Origin: Actinomycetota bacterium
Lineage (GTDB): Bacteria > Actinomycetota > Acidimicrobiia > Acidimicrobiales > GCA-2861595
Direction: 5' to 3'
DNA: 53,743 nucleotides
Assembly: GCA_052387235.1 (NCBI GenBank)
Contig: JBQTJJ010000096.1
Span: forward strand, 1-53,743
In this document: positions 8,602 through 16,854 of the stretch, one piece after another
Layout: every line of letters begins with the position of its first letter
Numbering within the stretch: position 1 is the stretch's first letter
Translations under genes and position numbers: made by a program
The notes under the pieces: generated by a model
The model's input: the letters and a program-made list of their open reading frames with translations, nothing else
Database searches by the model: none
What the model was told of the DNA's origin: nothing

Positions 8602-9711
8602 TCAGTTGGCCTGGTCGCGCCGGACCCGCTCCACCACCCGCGGCGCCCGCCGGCCGACCCCCTCGGTGGGCGCCAGCGGGTCGGCGTTGCCGCCGCCGCC
8701 GAGGGGGGAGTCGAGGTGGAAGAGGGTGGCGTGGGCCTGCTGGTGGGCGAGGGGGGAGAAGAGGTCGGTGGCCACGAACCTGGCCCTGATGGCGGCCAGG
8801 GTGGCCGGGTCGGGGACGTGCTTCTGGTTGAAGTAGTGCTCCTGGTAGATGAACTCGTGGGCCGCCCCCTGGTCGGACAGGGCGGTGGCCATCTCCTCGG
8901 TCATGGCGCCGTTGCCGCACAGGTAATAGCGGGTGCCGCCGAGCGCATCGAGCAGGGGCGGCACCGACTCGGTGAGCCGGCCCCGCAACCCGGCCCACGC
9001 CGGCGGGGGTTGCGACAGGGAGATCCGGTAGGTGAAGTTCGGGTAGCGGCGGGCCAGGGCGTCGAGCTCGTCGGTGAGGCAGACGTCGTCCTCGAGGCGC
9101 AGGCCCCAGAACAGCTGGATGCGTCCCCCGAAGCCCTCCCCCAGCAGGTGCGCGGCCAGCGAGTGGAAGGGGCCGACGCCCACGCCGGTGGCCATGAGCA
9201 CCAGGCCCCGCTCGTCGTCGGGCGGCACCATCGACCGGCCGGTGGGGCCCCGGAAGCTGACGACCTCGCCCGGCTGGCACGAGCCGAGGTAGCGGGAGAT
9301 GGGACCGTCGGGGACGACCCGGACGAGCAGGTCGAACACGCCCTCGGTGCCGGGCGGGGACAGGATGCAGTACGGGCTGCGGGCGTAGCCCACGCCCTCG
9401 AGCACGTACTCGATGCCCACGAACTGGCCCGGCTCGTGCTCGAAGGGCCCGCCGTCGACGACGCGGAGCCCGATGCGCACCGTGCCGGTGGGGGTGACGG
9501 GCGTCACGCGCACCACCTCGGCCCGGCGCTCGTAGCGGCTCTTCCTGCTCCAGCCGCCGGCCGGCGTGACGGTGGCCGCCTCCTCGGCCGTCAGCCGTCC
9601 CGGCAGAGGGGCGGGGACGCCGCCGCCGGGCGCTCCCGGTCCGGGTCCCCGGCCCTGGCCACCGCCGCCGTCCCCGGTCCGTGCCGAGTGGCGCAAGCCC
9701 GACAACCTCAC
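8602..9711 (-). CDS. FNR-like FAD/NAD(P)-binding oxidoreductase with C-terminal extension (paralog 1)
   Basis: This is the tail of track ORF 8602..10914: RSPYCILSP...VSFRGPTGRSM...LVLMATGVGVGPF...YYLCGNGAMTEEM. I chose the GTG at 9711 as start because GGAGGAGG lies 7 nt upstream. It shows substantial similarity (by-eye alignment) to the CDS at 11464-12465. Confidence 0.75.
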   Translation of the reverse strand: MRLSGLRHSARTGDGGGGQGRGPGPGAPGGGVPAPLPGRLTAEEAATVTPAGGWSRKSRYERRAEVVRVTPVTPTGTVRIGLRVVDGGPFEHEPGQFVGIEYVLEGVGYARSPYCILSPPGTEGVFDLLVRVVPDGPISRYLGSCQPGEVVSFRGPTGRSMVPPDDERGLVLMATGVGVGPFHSLAAHLLGEGFGGRIQLFWGLRLEDDVCLTDELDALARRYPNFTYRISLSQPPPAWAGLRGRLTESVPPLLDALGGTRYYLCGNGAMTEEMATALSDQGAAHEFIYQEHYFNQKHVPDPATLAAIRARFVATDLFSPLAHQQAHATLFHLDSPLGGGGNADPLAPTEGVGRRAPRVVERVRRDQAN

Positions 9712-9794
9712 CCTTCGGCCTCCTCCGGAGCTGCCGTCTCCCGGTGCAAGGATACCGTCCGGTCCGTTCCCGCCCCGGCGCCCGCCGCCCGCCG

Positions 9795-10586
9795 TCAGAG
9801 GGGCGCCGGCGCGTACACGTTCATCGACGTCTCCCGCAGGAAGCCCACCAGGCCCAGGTTGGCCCGCCGGGCGATCTCCACCGCCAGCGACGACGGCCCG
9901 CTGACGGCTGCCACCACCGCGAACCCCGCCGCCCACGCCTTCTGCACCATCTCGAACGAGGCCCGCCCGCTCACGAAGAGGCCGAGGCCGCTGGCGGGCA
10001 GGGCCCCGTCCAGCAGCAGCCGGCCCACCACCTTGTCGACCGCGTTGTGGCGGCCGATGTCCTCCCGCACCAGGGCGACGCCGCCGCCGGCCGGGTCGAA
10101 CACGGCGGCGGCGTGCACCGAACCGGTCGACTCGAACAGGGGCTGGTGCGCCCGCACCGCCGCCGGCACCGAGGCCAGCACGGCCTGGTCGGGCGCCACC
10201 GCCGGCGGCAGGGGCGCCAGCCGGTCCGCCAGCTGGTCGATCGACTCCCGCCCGCACAGCCCGCACGCCGAGGTGGTGGTGCCGAGGCGGGGCTCGGGTG
10301 CCGGCGCCCGCCCGGCGGTGTCGACGTCCACCACGTTGAACCCGGTGTCGACGGCGGGGCCGGTGGCGCAGTAGCGGACCCGGCGCACGGGAGCGCCGGC
10401 CAGCCTGCCGTCGGAGAACAGCAACCCCACCGCCAGCTCGAAGTCGTGCCCCGGCGTGCGCATGGTGGTGGCCACCAGGTGCCCGTCCAGGCGGACCTCG
10501 AGCGGCTCCTCCACGATCACGCGGTCCGGCACGGCACCACGTCCGGCCCTGGCCACGAGGACCTGCGCCGTCCGTCCCCGAGCCAC
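9795..10586 (-). CDS. fdhD: formate dehydrogenase accessory sulfurtransferase FdhD
   Basis: Track ORF containing TTMRTPGHDFELAVGLLFSDG...SACGLCG...EDIGRHNAVDKVVG, which are FdhD family motifs. Confidence 0.9.
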   Translation of the reverse strand: MARGRTAQVLVARAGRGAVPDRVIVEEPLEVRLDGHLVATTMRTPGHDFELAVGLLFSDGRLAGAPVRRVRYCATGPAVDTGFNVVDVDTAGRAPAPEPRLGTTTSACGLCGRESIDQLADRLAPLPPAVAPDQAVLASVPAAVRAHQPLFESTGSVHAAAVFDPAGGGVALVREDIGRHNAVDKVVGRLLLDGALPASGLGLFVSGRASFEMVQKAWAAGFAVVAAVSGPSSLAVEIARRANLGLVGFLRETSMNVYAPAPL

Positions 10587-10650
10587 CCGCCCACCCTAAT
10601 TGGGCGTCCATCTCCCAGAACAGGGTCAGGGGGTGGCCCACTATTGGGAA

Positions 10651-11460
10651 ATGGACGGCGGTAGCCTCGGCGCCGTGGACGACCGGCAGGTGATCGACGC
10701 CTTTCTCAGGGACGGGGCCAAGCGCTCCTTCGGACCGTCCCTGCACATCGAGGGGGACACGCTGTTCCTCAGCGGGTGGTGGCACGCCGCCATGCGGGTG
10801 GAGGACGGCGTGTACGCGGTCCGCAACGAGGAGCCGCGGGAGGAGGCGCCGGCGCTGGGCGAGCTGGTGGCCGCCCTGAGGGAGCTGGGCCTGTCGGAGG
10901 TGGCGGTGGACCATCCCCTGATCCAGCCGATCACCTACACCGAGCTGTCGCTGGGCCAGGTGTCGTGGGCCCTGTGGGCCACGGACCTCGAGACCGGCGA
11001 CGCCGCCCTGCGCCGCCGGGCCGGCGCCGAGACCTTCCTCACCGACTCGCCCTTCGCCGGGCCGGAGGAGCCGGTGTCGGCCGACTTCAGCGCCGAGCTG
11101 GGCGGGGCCCGCCGGGTCGCCGGCCTGCCCGCCGCCCTGGTGCTCACGGTCGGGATCGAGCCCGAGCGGGTCACGGAGCTGGGCCGGACCCTCGATGACG
11201 TGCGCATCGAGTCCCGCACGTTCGAGGGCTTCCCGCCGAGCGCCTGCGGGGCCCTGATCCCCGGCGTGATCGTCGTCGACGCCAGCGGCGCCACCGGCCG
11301 CGAGTTCATCATCGAGCTGCGCACCGAGGCGTGCGGCCGGTTCATCCCGGTGGCCGCCGTCACCGAGGCGGCCGAGCCCCCGCCGGGCGCGGACGAGACG
11401 CTCGACCCCCGGGTCCCCCCCGCCGTGTGGGCGCCGGTGCTGCGGGCCCTGCTCCCCTGA
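10651..11460 (+). CDS. hypothetical protein
   Basis: Track ORF 10600..11460 was trimmed to the ATG at 10651. It has coding-like composition and fills the gap between fdhD and the second FNR-like gene. I recognise no motif. Confidence 0.55.
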   Translation: MDGGSLGAVDDRQVIDAFLRDGAKRSFGPSLHIEGDTLFLSGWWHAAMRVEDGVYAVRNEEPREEAPALGELVAALRELGLSEVAVDHPLIQPITYTELSLGQVSWALWATDLETGDAALRRRAGAETFLTDSPFAGPEEPVSADFSAELGGARRVAGLPAALVLTVGIEPERVTELGRTLDDVRIESRTFEGFPPSACGALIPGVIVVDASGATGREFIIELRTEACGRFIPVAAVTEAAEPPPGADETLDPRVPPAVWAPVLRALLP

Positions 11461-11463
11461 GGG

Positions 11464-12465
11464 TTACGTCAGCCGCCTCCTCGACCGCTGCCGCACCGGC
11501 CGCTCGGGGATGAACAGCCCCGCCTCCTGGTGGGCGTGGGGCGTGAACAGGTCGTGGGCCACGAACCGGTCGCGGAGCTGGGCCAGGGCCCGGGGGTCGG
11601 GCCGGTACCTCACGTTGAAGTAGGTCTCGGTGTAGATCAGGAGCTTGTCGACGCCGAGGTCGGACATGGCCGAGTGCATCTCCTCGATCATGGCCCCGTT
11701 GCCCACCAGGTAGAAGTGCTTGTCGCCCAGCGTCGGCAGCAGGGGCGGCACCGACTCGGTGATGCGGCCCCGCAACCCGCGCCAGCCCCGGGGGGGCTGC
11801 GACAGCGAGATCTCGTAGCTGAAGCCGGGATGGGAGGCCAGCTCGTCGAGCTCCTCCTGCAGGCAGATGTCGTCGGCCAGGCGCAGGCCCCAGTACAGCG
11901 TGATGGGGCGGTCGAACCCGTTGGCCAGCAGGTGCTCGGACAGGCCGAGCAGGGGGCCGACGCCCACGCCGGTGGCCATCAGCACCAGCTCGGTGCCGTC
12001 CTCCTTCGGGATCATGGACCGGCCGCTCGGGCCCCGGAACGTGATCTCGTCGCCGGCCGACAGCTCCGACAGGTAGATCGACACCGGCCCCTCCGGGACC
12101 AGGCGGACCAGCAGCTGGAAGGTCCGGCTGGCGTCGGGCGGCGAGAGGATGCAGTACGGGCTGCGCCGGGGACCCACCTCGGGGATGTCGGTGCGGATGC
12201 CCACGAAGTAGCCGGGCCGGTAGTTGAAGGGGTGCTCGTCGACGACCTCGAACGTGAGGCGGACGGTGCCGGTGGAGGTGAGGGGCTCGTAGGCCGTGAG
12301 GCGGGCCCGGCGGTCGTAGCGGTCGGAGCGCTGGAGGCGGCGCTCGGGGGCGCTGCGGGTGAGGGGGTACCCGGGCTTCGGAGGGAGGACGAAGATGTCC
12401 GGGGGCGGGAGGTACGGACGGCCGGGCGGCGGCTCGGGCCTGGCCGGGACCGGTCCCTTGTCCAT
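11464..12465 (-). CDS. FNR-like FAD/NAD(P)-binding oxidoreductase with C-terminal extension (paralog 2)
   Basis: Track ORF 11464..12471. I prefer the ATG at 12465, which has AAGGAG 8 nt upstream. Motifs are RSPYCILSP...ITFRGPSGRSM...LVLMATGVGVGPL...FYLVGNGAMIEEM. Confidence 0.8.
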   Translation of the reverse strand: MDKGPVPARPEPPPGRPYLPPPDIFVLPPKPGYPLTRSAPERRLQRSDRYDRRARLTAYEPLTSTGTVRLTFEVVDEHPFNYRPGYFVGIRTDIPEVGPRRSPYCILSPPDASRTFQLLVRLVPEGPVSIYLSELSAGDEITFRGPSGRSMIPKEDGTELVLMATGVGVGPLLGLSEHLLANGFDRPITLYWGLRLADDICLQEELDELASHPGFSYEISLSQPPRGWRGLRGRITESVPPLLPTLGDKHFYLVGNGAMIEEMHSAMSDLGVDKLLIYTETYFNVRYRPDPRALAQLRDRFVAHDLFTPHAHQEAGLFIPERPVRQRSRRRLT

Positions 12466-12592
12466 GATCACGACTCCTTTGCTCCTCCCGAGATCATCGC
12501 GCTCCCGGCGGACCGATCTGCGCAGAGTGCCCGTGCTTCGTACGGTCCGGCTCCGCCGCCCGGATGGCCCGGTTCCGCCCGGTCGGTCCCGG

Positions 12593-12985
12593 TCACTCGT
12601 AGCCGGTGGCCCAGTCCCCCTCCTCCACGTCCCAGTCCGTGGGGTCGCCGGCCAGCTGGACGCTGACGTGGGTCATGGCCGACCCGGGGGTGGCGCCGTG
12701 CCAGTGCCACTCGCCGCCACTGGTGGCCACCACGTCGCCGGCCACCACCTCCTGGCGCCCGGACGCCGTCCCCACCACGCCCCGTCCGGCGACGATGTGG
12801 AGCAGCTGGCCCGAGGCATGGACGTGGGGCCGGGTGCGCACGCCGGCCGGGAAGTGCACGGCGAACACCCGGGGCCCGTCGGCGAACGGGCTGGCGAGGG
12901 GCTGGATGCGGGCGTCGCCCTGGAACCAGGTGCGGGCCTCCTCGGGCACCTCGCCCCTGGCCTCGTCGATGTGGTCCAGCTCCAT
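12593..12985 (-). CDS. cupin domain protein
   Basis: This is the tail of track ORF 12593..13522, from the ATG at 12985 (GGAGG 5 nt upstream). PHVHASGQLLHIVAGRG...GGEWHWHGA is a cupin His motif. Confidence 0.75.
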   Translation of the reverse strand: MELDHIDEARGEVPEEARTWFQGDARIQPLASPFADGPRVFAVHFPAGVRTRPHVHASGQLLHIVAGRGVVGTASGRQEVVAGDVVATSGGEWHWHGATPGSAMTHVSVQLAGDPTDWDVEEGDWATGYE

Positions 12986-13022
12986 CGTCACCTCCGGATC
13001 GGGCGGGGGGGCCATCCTGCCA

Positions 13023-15863
13023 TCAGGCCGGTGGCACGCGGACCACCATGATCGCCATGTCGTCGTCGGGCGCGCCGTCCACGAAGTCGGTCGCGGCCTC
13101 CTCCACCCGCTCGGCCACGGCTGCGGCACCGGCGTCGCCGATGCCGGCGAGCACGGCGGCGATGCCCTCGTCGCCGAACTGGCGCCGGCCCCGGTGGCGC
13201 TCGGTGATGCCGTCGGTGAAGGCCACCAGGAGGTCGCCGGGGCCCAGGTGCACCTCCACCTCGGTGAGGGCGACGTCCTCCAGCAGGCCCAGGAGGTCGC
13301 CCGGCACGCCCACGGTCTCCACCGAGCCGTCCCGGCGCCGGACCAGCGGGCACGGGTGGCCGGCGGTGCAGACGGTGGCCCGCACCCCGTCGCCCTCCCG
13401 GTAGAGGGAGATGGCCACGACGGTGCAGAAGCGGGGCTCGAGGTGCCAGGCCGGCCCCTGGGCGGCGGCCTCGTCGGCCGAGGCCCGCAGGAGCAGGTCG
13501 TTGAGGTGGTGGAGCACGGCACCCGGCGACGGGTCGCCCAGGGCCCGCGACCGGATGGTGTGGCGGGCCAGGCCGGTGACGGCGGCCGCTTCCACGCCCT
13601 TGCCGCACACGTCGCCGACGGCCACGAACCAGCCCGACCCGGTGGCGAAGACGTCGAAGAAGTCCCCGCCCACGTCGAGGCCCTCGCCGGCGGCCACGTA
13701 GCGCCCGCCGAACTCGACGCCGTCGGCGGACGGCAGCACGGGCGGCAGCAGGCTGGCCTGCAGGGCCCGGGCCACGTGGCTGCGCTCGGTGAACAGCTGG
13801 GCGTTGGCGACGGCGCCGCCGGCCCGCTCGGCCAGGTCCTGGGCCAGGGAGAAGTCCGCCTCGGAGATCACCCGTCCCTGCTCGTTGGCCATGGCCATGG
13901 CGCCCACCACCCTCCCGCCGGCCCGCAGGGCCACCACCATGGCCGAGCCCAGGCCGAGCGTCCGCAGCAGCCGGGCGTGCTCGGCGTCGCGGGCCACGGC
14001 GTCGAGCAGCTCGGGCGCCACGACCTGGAACAGGATCGGCTCGCCCGTGGCCAGGCAGGAGCCGAGGCCGGGGTCGCCGACCTGGACGGGCCAGCGCCGG
14101 TGCAGCTCGCAGGCCAGCTCCCGCTTGGCGGGGTCGGCGTGCTCGGCCGTGACGAACACGGGGCGCCCGTCCTCGACGAGGTGGATGGAGCACCAGTCGG
14201 CCAGGCGGGGGACCACCAGCGCGGCCAGGCGGTGGAGGGTCTGGGAGACCTCGAGCGAGGCGTTGAGGAGCGCCGACGCCTCGGCCAGGAAGGCGAAGCG
14301 CTCGTGGTCGCGGCGCTCGGACTCGTGGAGCCGGGCCCGGTCCAGGGCCTGGGCCGCCTGGGTGGCGAGGGCGGTGAGGAAGGCCCGGTCGGCGGCGGGG
14401 AACTCCTGGGACTGGCGGAACCCGACGGCCACGGCGCCCAGCACCCGCCCGGGCTCCGGCTCGAGGGGGAGGATGGCGGTGGCCTTGCGCTCCGCCGCGA
14501 ACCGGCTGAACACGGGATAGCGCTCGTCGCACTCCTCGGCCGAGTGGAGGTAGACGGCCCGGCCGGTGCGGATGGACTCGCTGGCGGGCACGTCGTCCGA
14601 GAGGGCGAAGCGACCCCAGCGCCGCTCGACCTCGGACGAGTAGCCCACGGCCCGGAGGATCTCCACCGTCTCGCCGTCCGGCTGGAGGAGGCAGAACGAG
14701 CCGGTGGCGGCGCCGAGCAGCGCCAGGCCGCGGCCCAGGATCACGTCGGCCACCTGCAGCGAGTCGACGGCCCGGGACAGCCCGGCCGTGACCTCCTGGA
14801 GGCCCGCCAGCCGGGCCGCGGCCTGCTCGGCCACGGTGCGGGCCGTGCGCTCGGTGGCCAGCACCTCGTCGTCGGCCCGGCGCTGCGGAGGGCCCGCGGC
14901 CGCCGCGGGTGGCGACAGCGGGAACGGGCAGGGCCGGGGGGCCGACCCGTTGACCTGGCGCTCCACCTCGCCCGCGAACCAGCGGCGGTAGGCGCTCAGC
15001 TCGTCGGACGGCGCCAGGCTGAGGAGCGCGCCGCGGCGGCAGAAGGTGGCCACCTGCTCCAGCACGGACGTGAGGTGCCACAGGTCGGGGACGAGGTCCG
15101 GGGGGAGGCCGAGGCTGACGTCCATGAGGCGGTGGCCGGCGGCGGCGGCCCGGTGGGTGGCCTCGCGGACCGCCAGCCTGGCATCGGCGTGGCGCTCCAG
15201 CACCTCCTCGACCAGCCGGATCAGCGGGGTCGGCACGGTGTAGGCGATGTCCTGGTCGGCGAGGGTGAGCACCTGGAACTCGCGCACCAGGTCGTCGAGG
15301 TTGAGGTCGCTGGCCAGGGCGAGGCGCACCGGGACGGCCACCAGGCGGACGGGGACGATGCCGGCGCCGGTGGCCGGCGCCCGGCGCTCGTTGGCCCGGT
15401 GCTCGGTGCCGTCCGGCCCGCCGGTGGCCACCTCCATCCACACCGTCTTGCCGGCGTCGGTGGTGTCCACGCCCCAGCGGTCGGCCACGGACGAGACCAC
15501 GAGCAGGCCCCGGCCGGTCATGCTCTCCACGTCGAGGACCTCGTCGACGGACGCCGGCCGGCCCTGGCCGGCGCCGTCGGCCAGGGCCGCGTGCCAGGGC
15601 AGGCTCACCTCCCGTGGGCTCTCGTCCCGCACCTCGGCCCGGACGCCGGCGCCCCGCCGCTCGAGCACCACCTGGAGGTCGGTGCGGGCATGGAGCACGG
15701 CGTTGGCGACCAGCTCGGAGACGCCGAGGGCGACGTCGTCGGCCAGCGCCTCCAGGCCCCACGAGACGAGCACCTCCCGGACGGCGCGCCGGGCCCGGGC
15801 CGCGCTGGCCAGCTCCGGGGCCAGCCGGACCGACGTGGTGCCAGGAACTCCCCCCGGGTGCAC
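13023..15863 (-). CDS. OsaC-like multidomain regulator: N-terminal RsbW-type HATPase kinase, unknown region, two GAF domains, C-terminal PP2C/SpoIIE phosphatase
   Basis: Track ORF 13023..15980. The N-terminus ARRAVREVLVSWGL...ELVANAVLHA...GRGLLVVSSVADRWG is anti-sigma-kinase-like. The C-terminus GGDFFDV...GDVCGKGVEAA...FTDGITE...DDDMAIMVVR is PP2C-like. The start is uncertain: GTG at 15863 is preferred, with alternatives at 15953 and 15980. Confidence 0.8.
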   Translation of the reverse strand: MHPGGVPGTTSVRLAPELASAARARRAVREVLVSWGLEALADDVALGVSELVANAVLHARTDLQVVLERRGAGVRAEVRDESPREVSLPWHAALADGAGQGRPASVDEVLDVESMTGRGLLVVSSVADRWGVDTTDAGKTVWMEVATGGPDGTEHRANERRAPATGAGIVPVRLVAVPVRLALASDLNLDDLVREFQVLTLADQDIAYTVPTPLIRLVEEVLERHADARLAVREATHRAAAAGHRLMDVSLGLPPDLVPDLWHLTSVLEQVATFCRRGALLSLAPSDELSAYRRWFAGEVERQVNGSAPRPCPFPLSPPAAAAGPPQRRADDEVLATERTARTVAEQAAARLAGLQEVTAGLSRAVDSLQVADVILGRGLALLGAATGSFCLLQPDGETVEILRAVGYSSEVERRWGRFALSDDVPASESIRTGRAVYLHSAEECDERYPVFSRFAAERKATAILPLEPEPGRVLGAVAVGFRQSQEFPAADRAFLTALATQAAQALDRARLHESERRDHERFAFLAEASALLNASLEVSQTLHRLAALVVPRLADWCSIHLVEDGRPVFVTAEHADPAKRELACELHRRWPVQVGDPGLGSCLATGEPILFQVVAPELLDAVARDAEHARLLRTLGLGSAMVVALRAGGRVVGAMAMANEQGRVISEADFSLAQDLAERAGGAVANAQLFTERSHVARALQASLLPPVLPSADGVEFGGRYVAAGEGLDVGGDFFDVFATGSGWFVAVGDVCGKGVEAAAVTGLARHTIRSRALGDPSPGAVLHHLNDLLLRASADEAAAQGPAWHLEPRFCTVVAISLYREGDGVRATVCTAGHPCPLVRRRDGSVETVGVPGDLLGLLEDVALTEVEVHLGPGDLLVAFTDGITERHRGRRQFGDEGIAAVLAGIGDAGAAAVAERVEEAATDFVDGAPDDDMAIMVVRVPPA

Positions 15864-15951
15864 CCGCCAATTGTGCCGACCGCACCGGGCGCGGAGCGAG
15901 TCGGGCCGGGAAACCGGTTGCGCGCCGGCCCGGCCCGGACGACGCTGGGGC

Positions 15952-16094
15952 ATGCCCGCCGGCGCCCTCGACGTGGCCATCCGCCGGGCGCGGGTGGACG
16001 ACGTGGCGGCGGTGGTCGAGCTGTCGGCCGCCGTGGCAGCCGAGGGGCGCTGGATAGGCCGGGAGCAGGTGGACCCTGCCGAGCGCCGTAGCGC
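15952..16094 (+). pseudogene. possible remnant of a GNAT acetyltransferase N-terminus
   Basis: MPAGALDVAIRRARVDDVAAVVELSAAVAAEGRWIGREQVDPAERR looks like a GNAT N-terminus. Past 16095 the frame degenerates into S/R-rich sequence antisense to mobA. Confidence 0.25.
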
Positions 16095-16715
16095 TCAGCT
16101 CGGGGGCCGGAGCCGGGCCAGCTCCAGGTCCGACGCGGTGTTGATGTTGAGGAGCTCGTCGTCGACGGTCTCTACCGCGATGGCGTCCAGCTCGCTCAGC
16201 AGGGCCGTCATGCGCCGCACGCCCCTGGCCATGAGGCGCCGGCAGGCGTCCAGGGTGGCCTCCCGGGGGTAGCGGGCGCACAGGGGCTGGAGCCGGCGGT
16301 CGGTGGCGGCTACCGCCCGTCCCGCCGGCGCCGCCACCAGGCGGTCCAGCACCGGACCGGCGAAGGGGAGGTCGCAGGCCAGTACCAGGACGTCGTCGGT
16401 GTCGACGGCATCGAGGCCGGTGGCCAGGGCGTTCATCGGGCCCCGGATGCCGTCGCCGTCGAGGACCACGGGGACGTCGAGGGCGGGGAGGCCCACGCCC
16501 GGGCGGCTCACGACCACCACCGGATGGCACCGGGCGGCGAGGAGGTCGACGGCCCGCTCCGTGAGGGTACGGCCCCGGACCACCACCGTTGCCTTCGGCC
16601 GCCCGAGCCGGCTGCCGCTGCCGCCGGCGAGGACCAGGCCGGCGAGGGACGAATCGGCACGGGTCACGGGAACGACGGTAGCCAACCGGGCGGGCAGGTC
16701 GGCGCTTCCCCGCAC
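16095..16715 (-). CDS. mobA: molybdenum cofactor guanylyltransferase (MobA-like NTP transferase)
   Basis: Track ORF containing LAGLVLAGGSGSRLGRPKA...PMNALATGL...VLACDLPF. The start is uncertain. The GTG at 16715 lies inside the 65-bp repeat, and an alternative GTG is at 16667. Confidence 0.8.
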   Translation of the reverse strand: MRGSADLPARLATVVPVTRADSSLAGLVLAGGSGSRLGRPKATVVVRGRTLTERAVDLLAARCHPVVVVSRPGVGLPALDVPVVLDGDGIRGPMNALATGLDAVDTDDVLVLACDLPFAGPVLDRLVAAPAGRAVAATDRRLQPLCARYPREATLDACRRLMARGVRRMTALLSELDAIAVETVDDELLNINTASDLELARLRPPS

Positions 16716-16764
16716 TCCCGAGTAAATAACTCGCCAAATTGGCGAGTTATTTACTCGGGACGGG
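16700..16764. repeat. 65-bp repeat, copy 1, containing a perfect AT-rich palindrome (16717-16759; 21-bp arms, 1-nt centre)
   Basis: The palindrome is CCCGAGTAAATAACTCGCCAA-A-TTGGCGAGTTATTTACTCGGG. 61 of 65 positions are identical to 20981-21045 in direct orientation. GC is about 47%, against about 70% in the flanks. Confidence 0.95.
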
Positions 16765-16786
16765 AGGCATCGGGTGCTTGTTCCCG

Positions 16787-16815
16787 TTGTCGTCGGAAGT
16801 AGTGGCGGCTATCTT
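16787..16815 (+). promoter_or_regulatory. candidate housekeeping-type promoter TTGTCG-N17-TATCTT for the giant surface-protein gene
   Basis: The -10 fits the actinobacterial TANNNT pattern. It lies about 40 nt upstream of the ATG at 16855 and downstream of the palindrome. Confidence 0.35.
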
Positions 16816-16854
16816 TCGGACGACCCGGCGCCGCTCGGGTCGCCGGGAGGCCCG

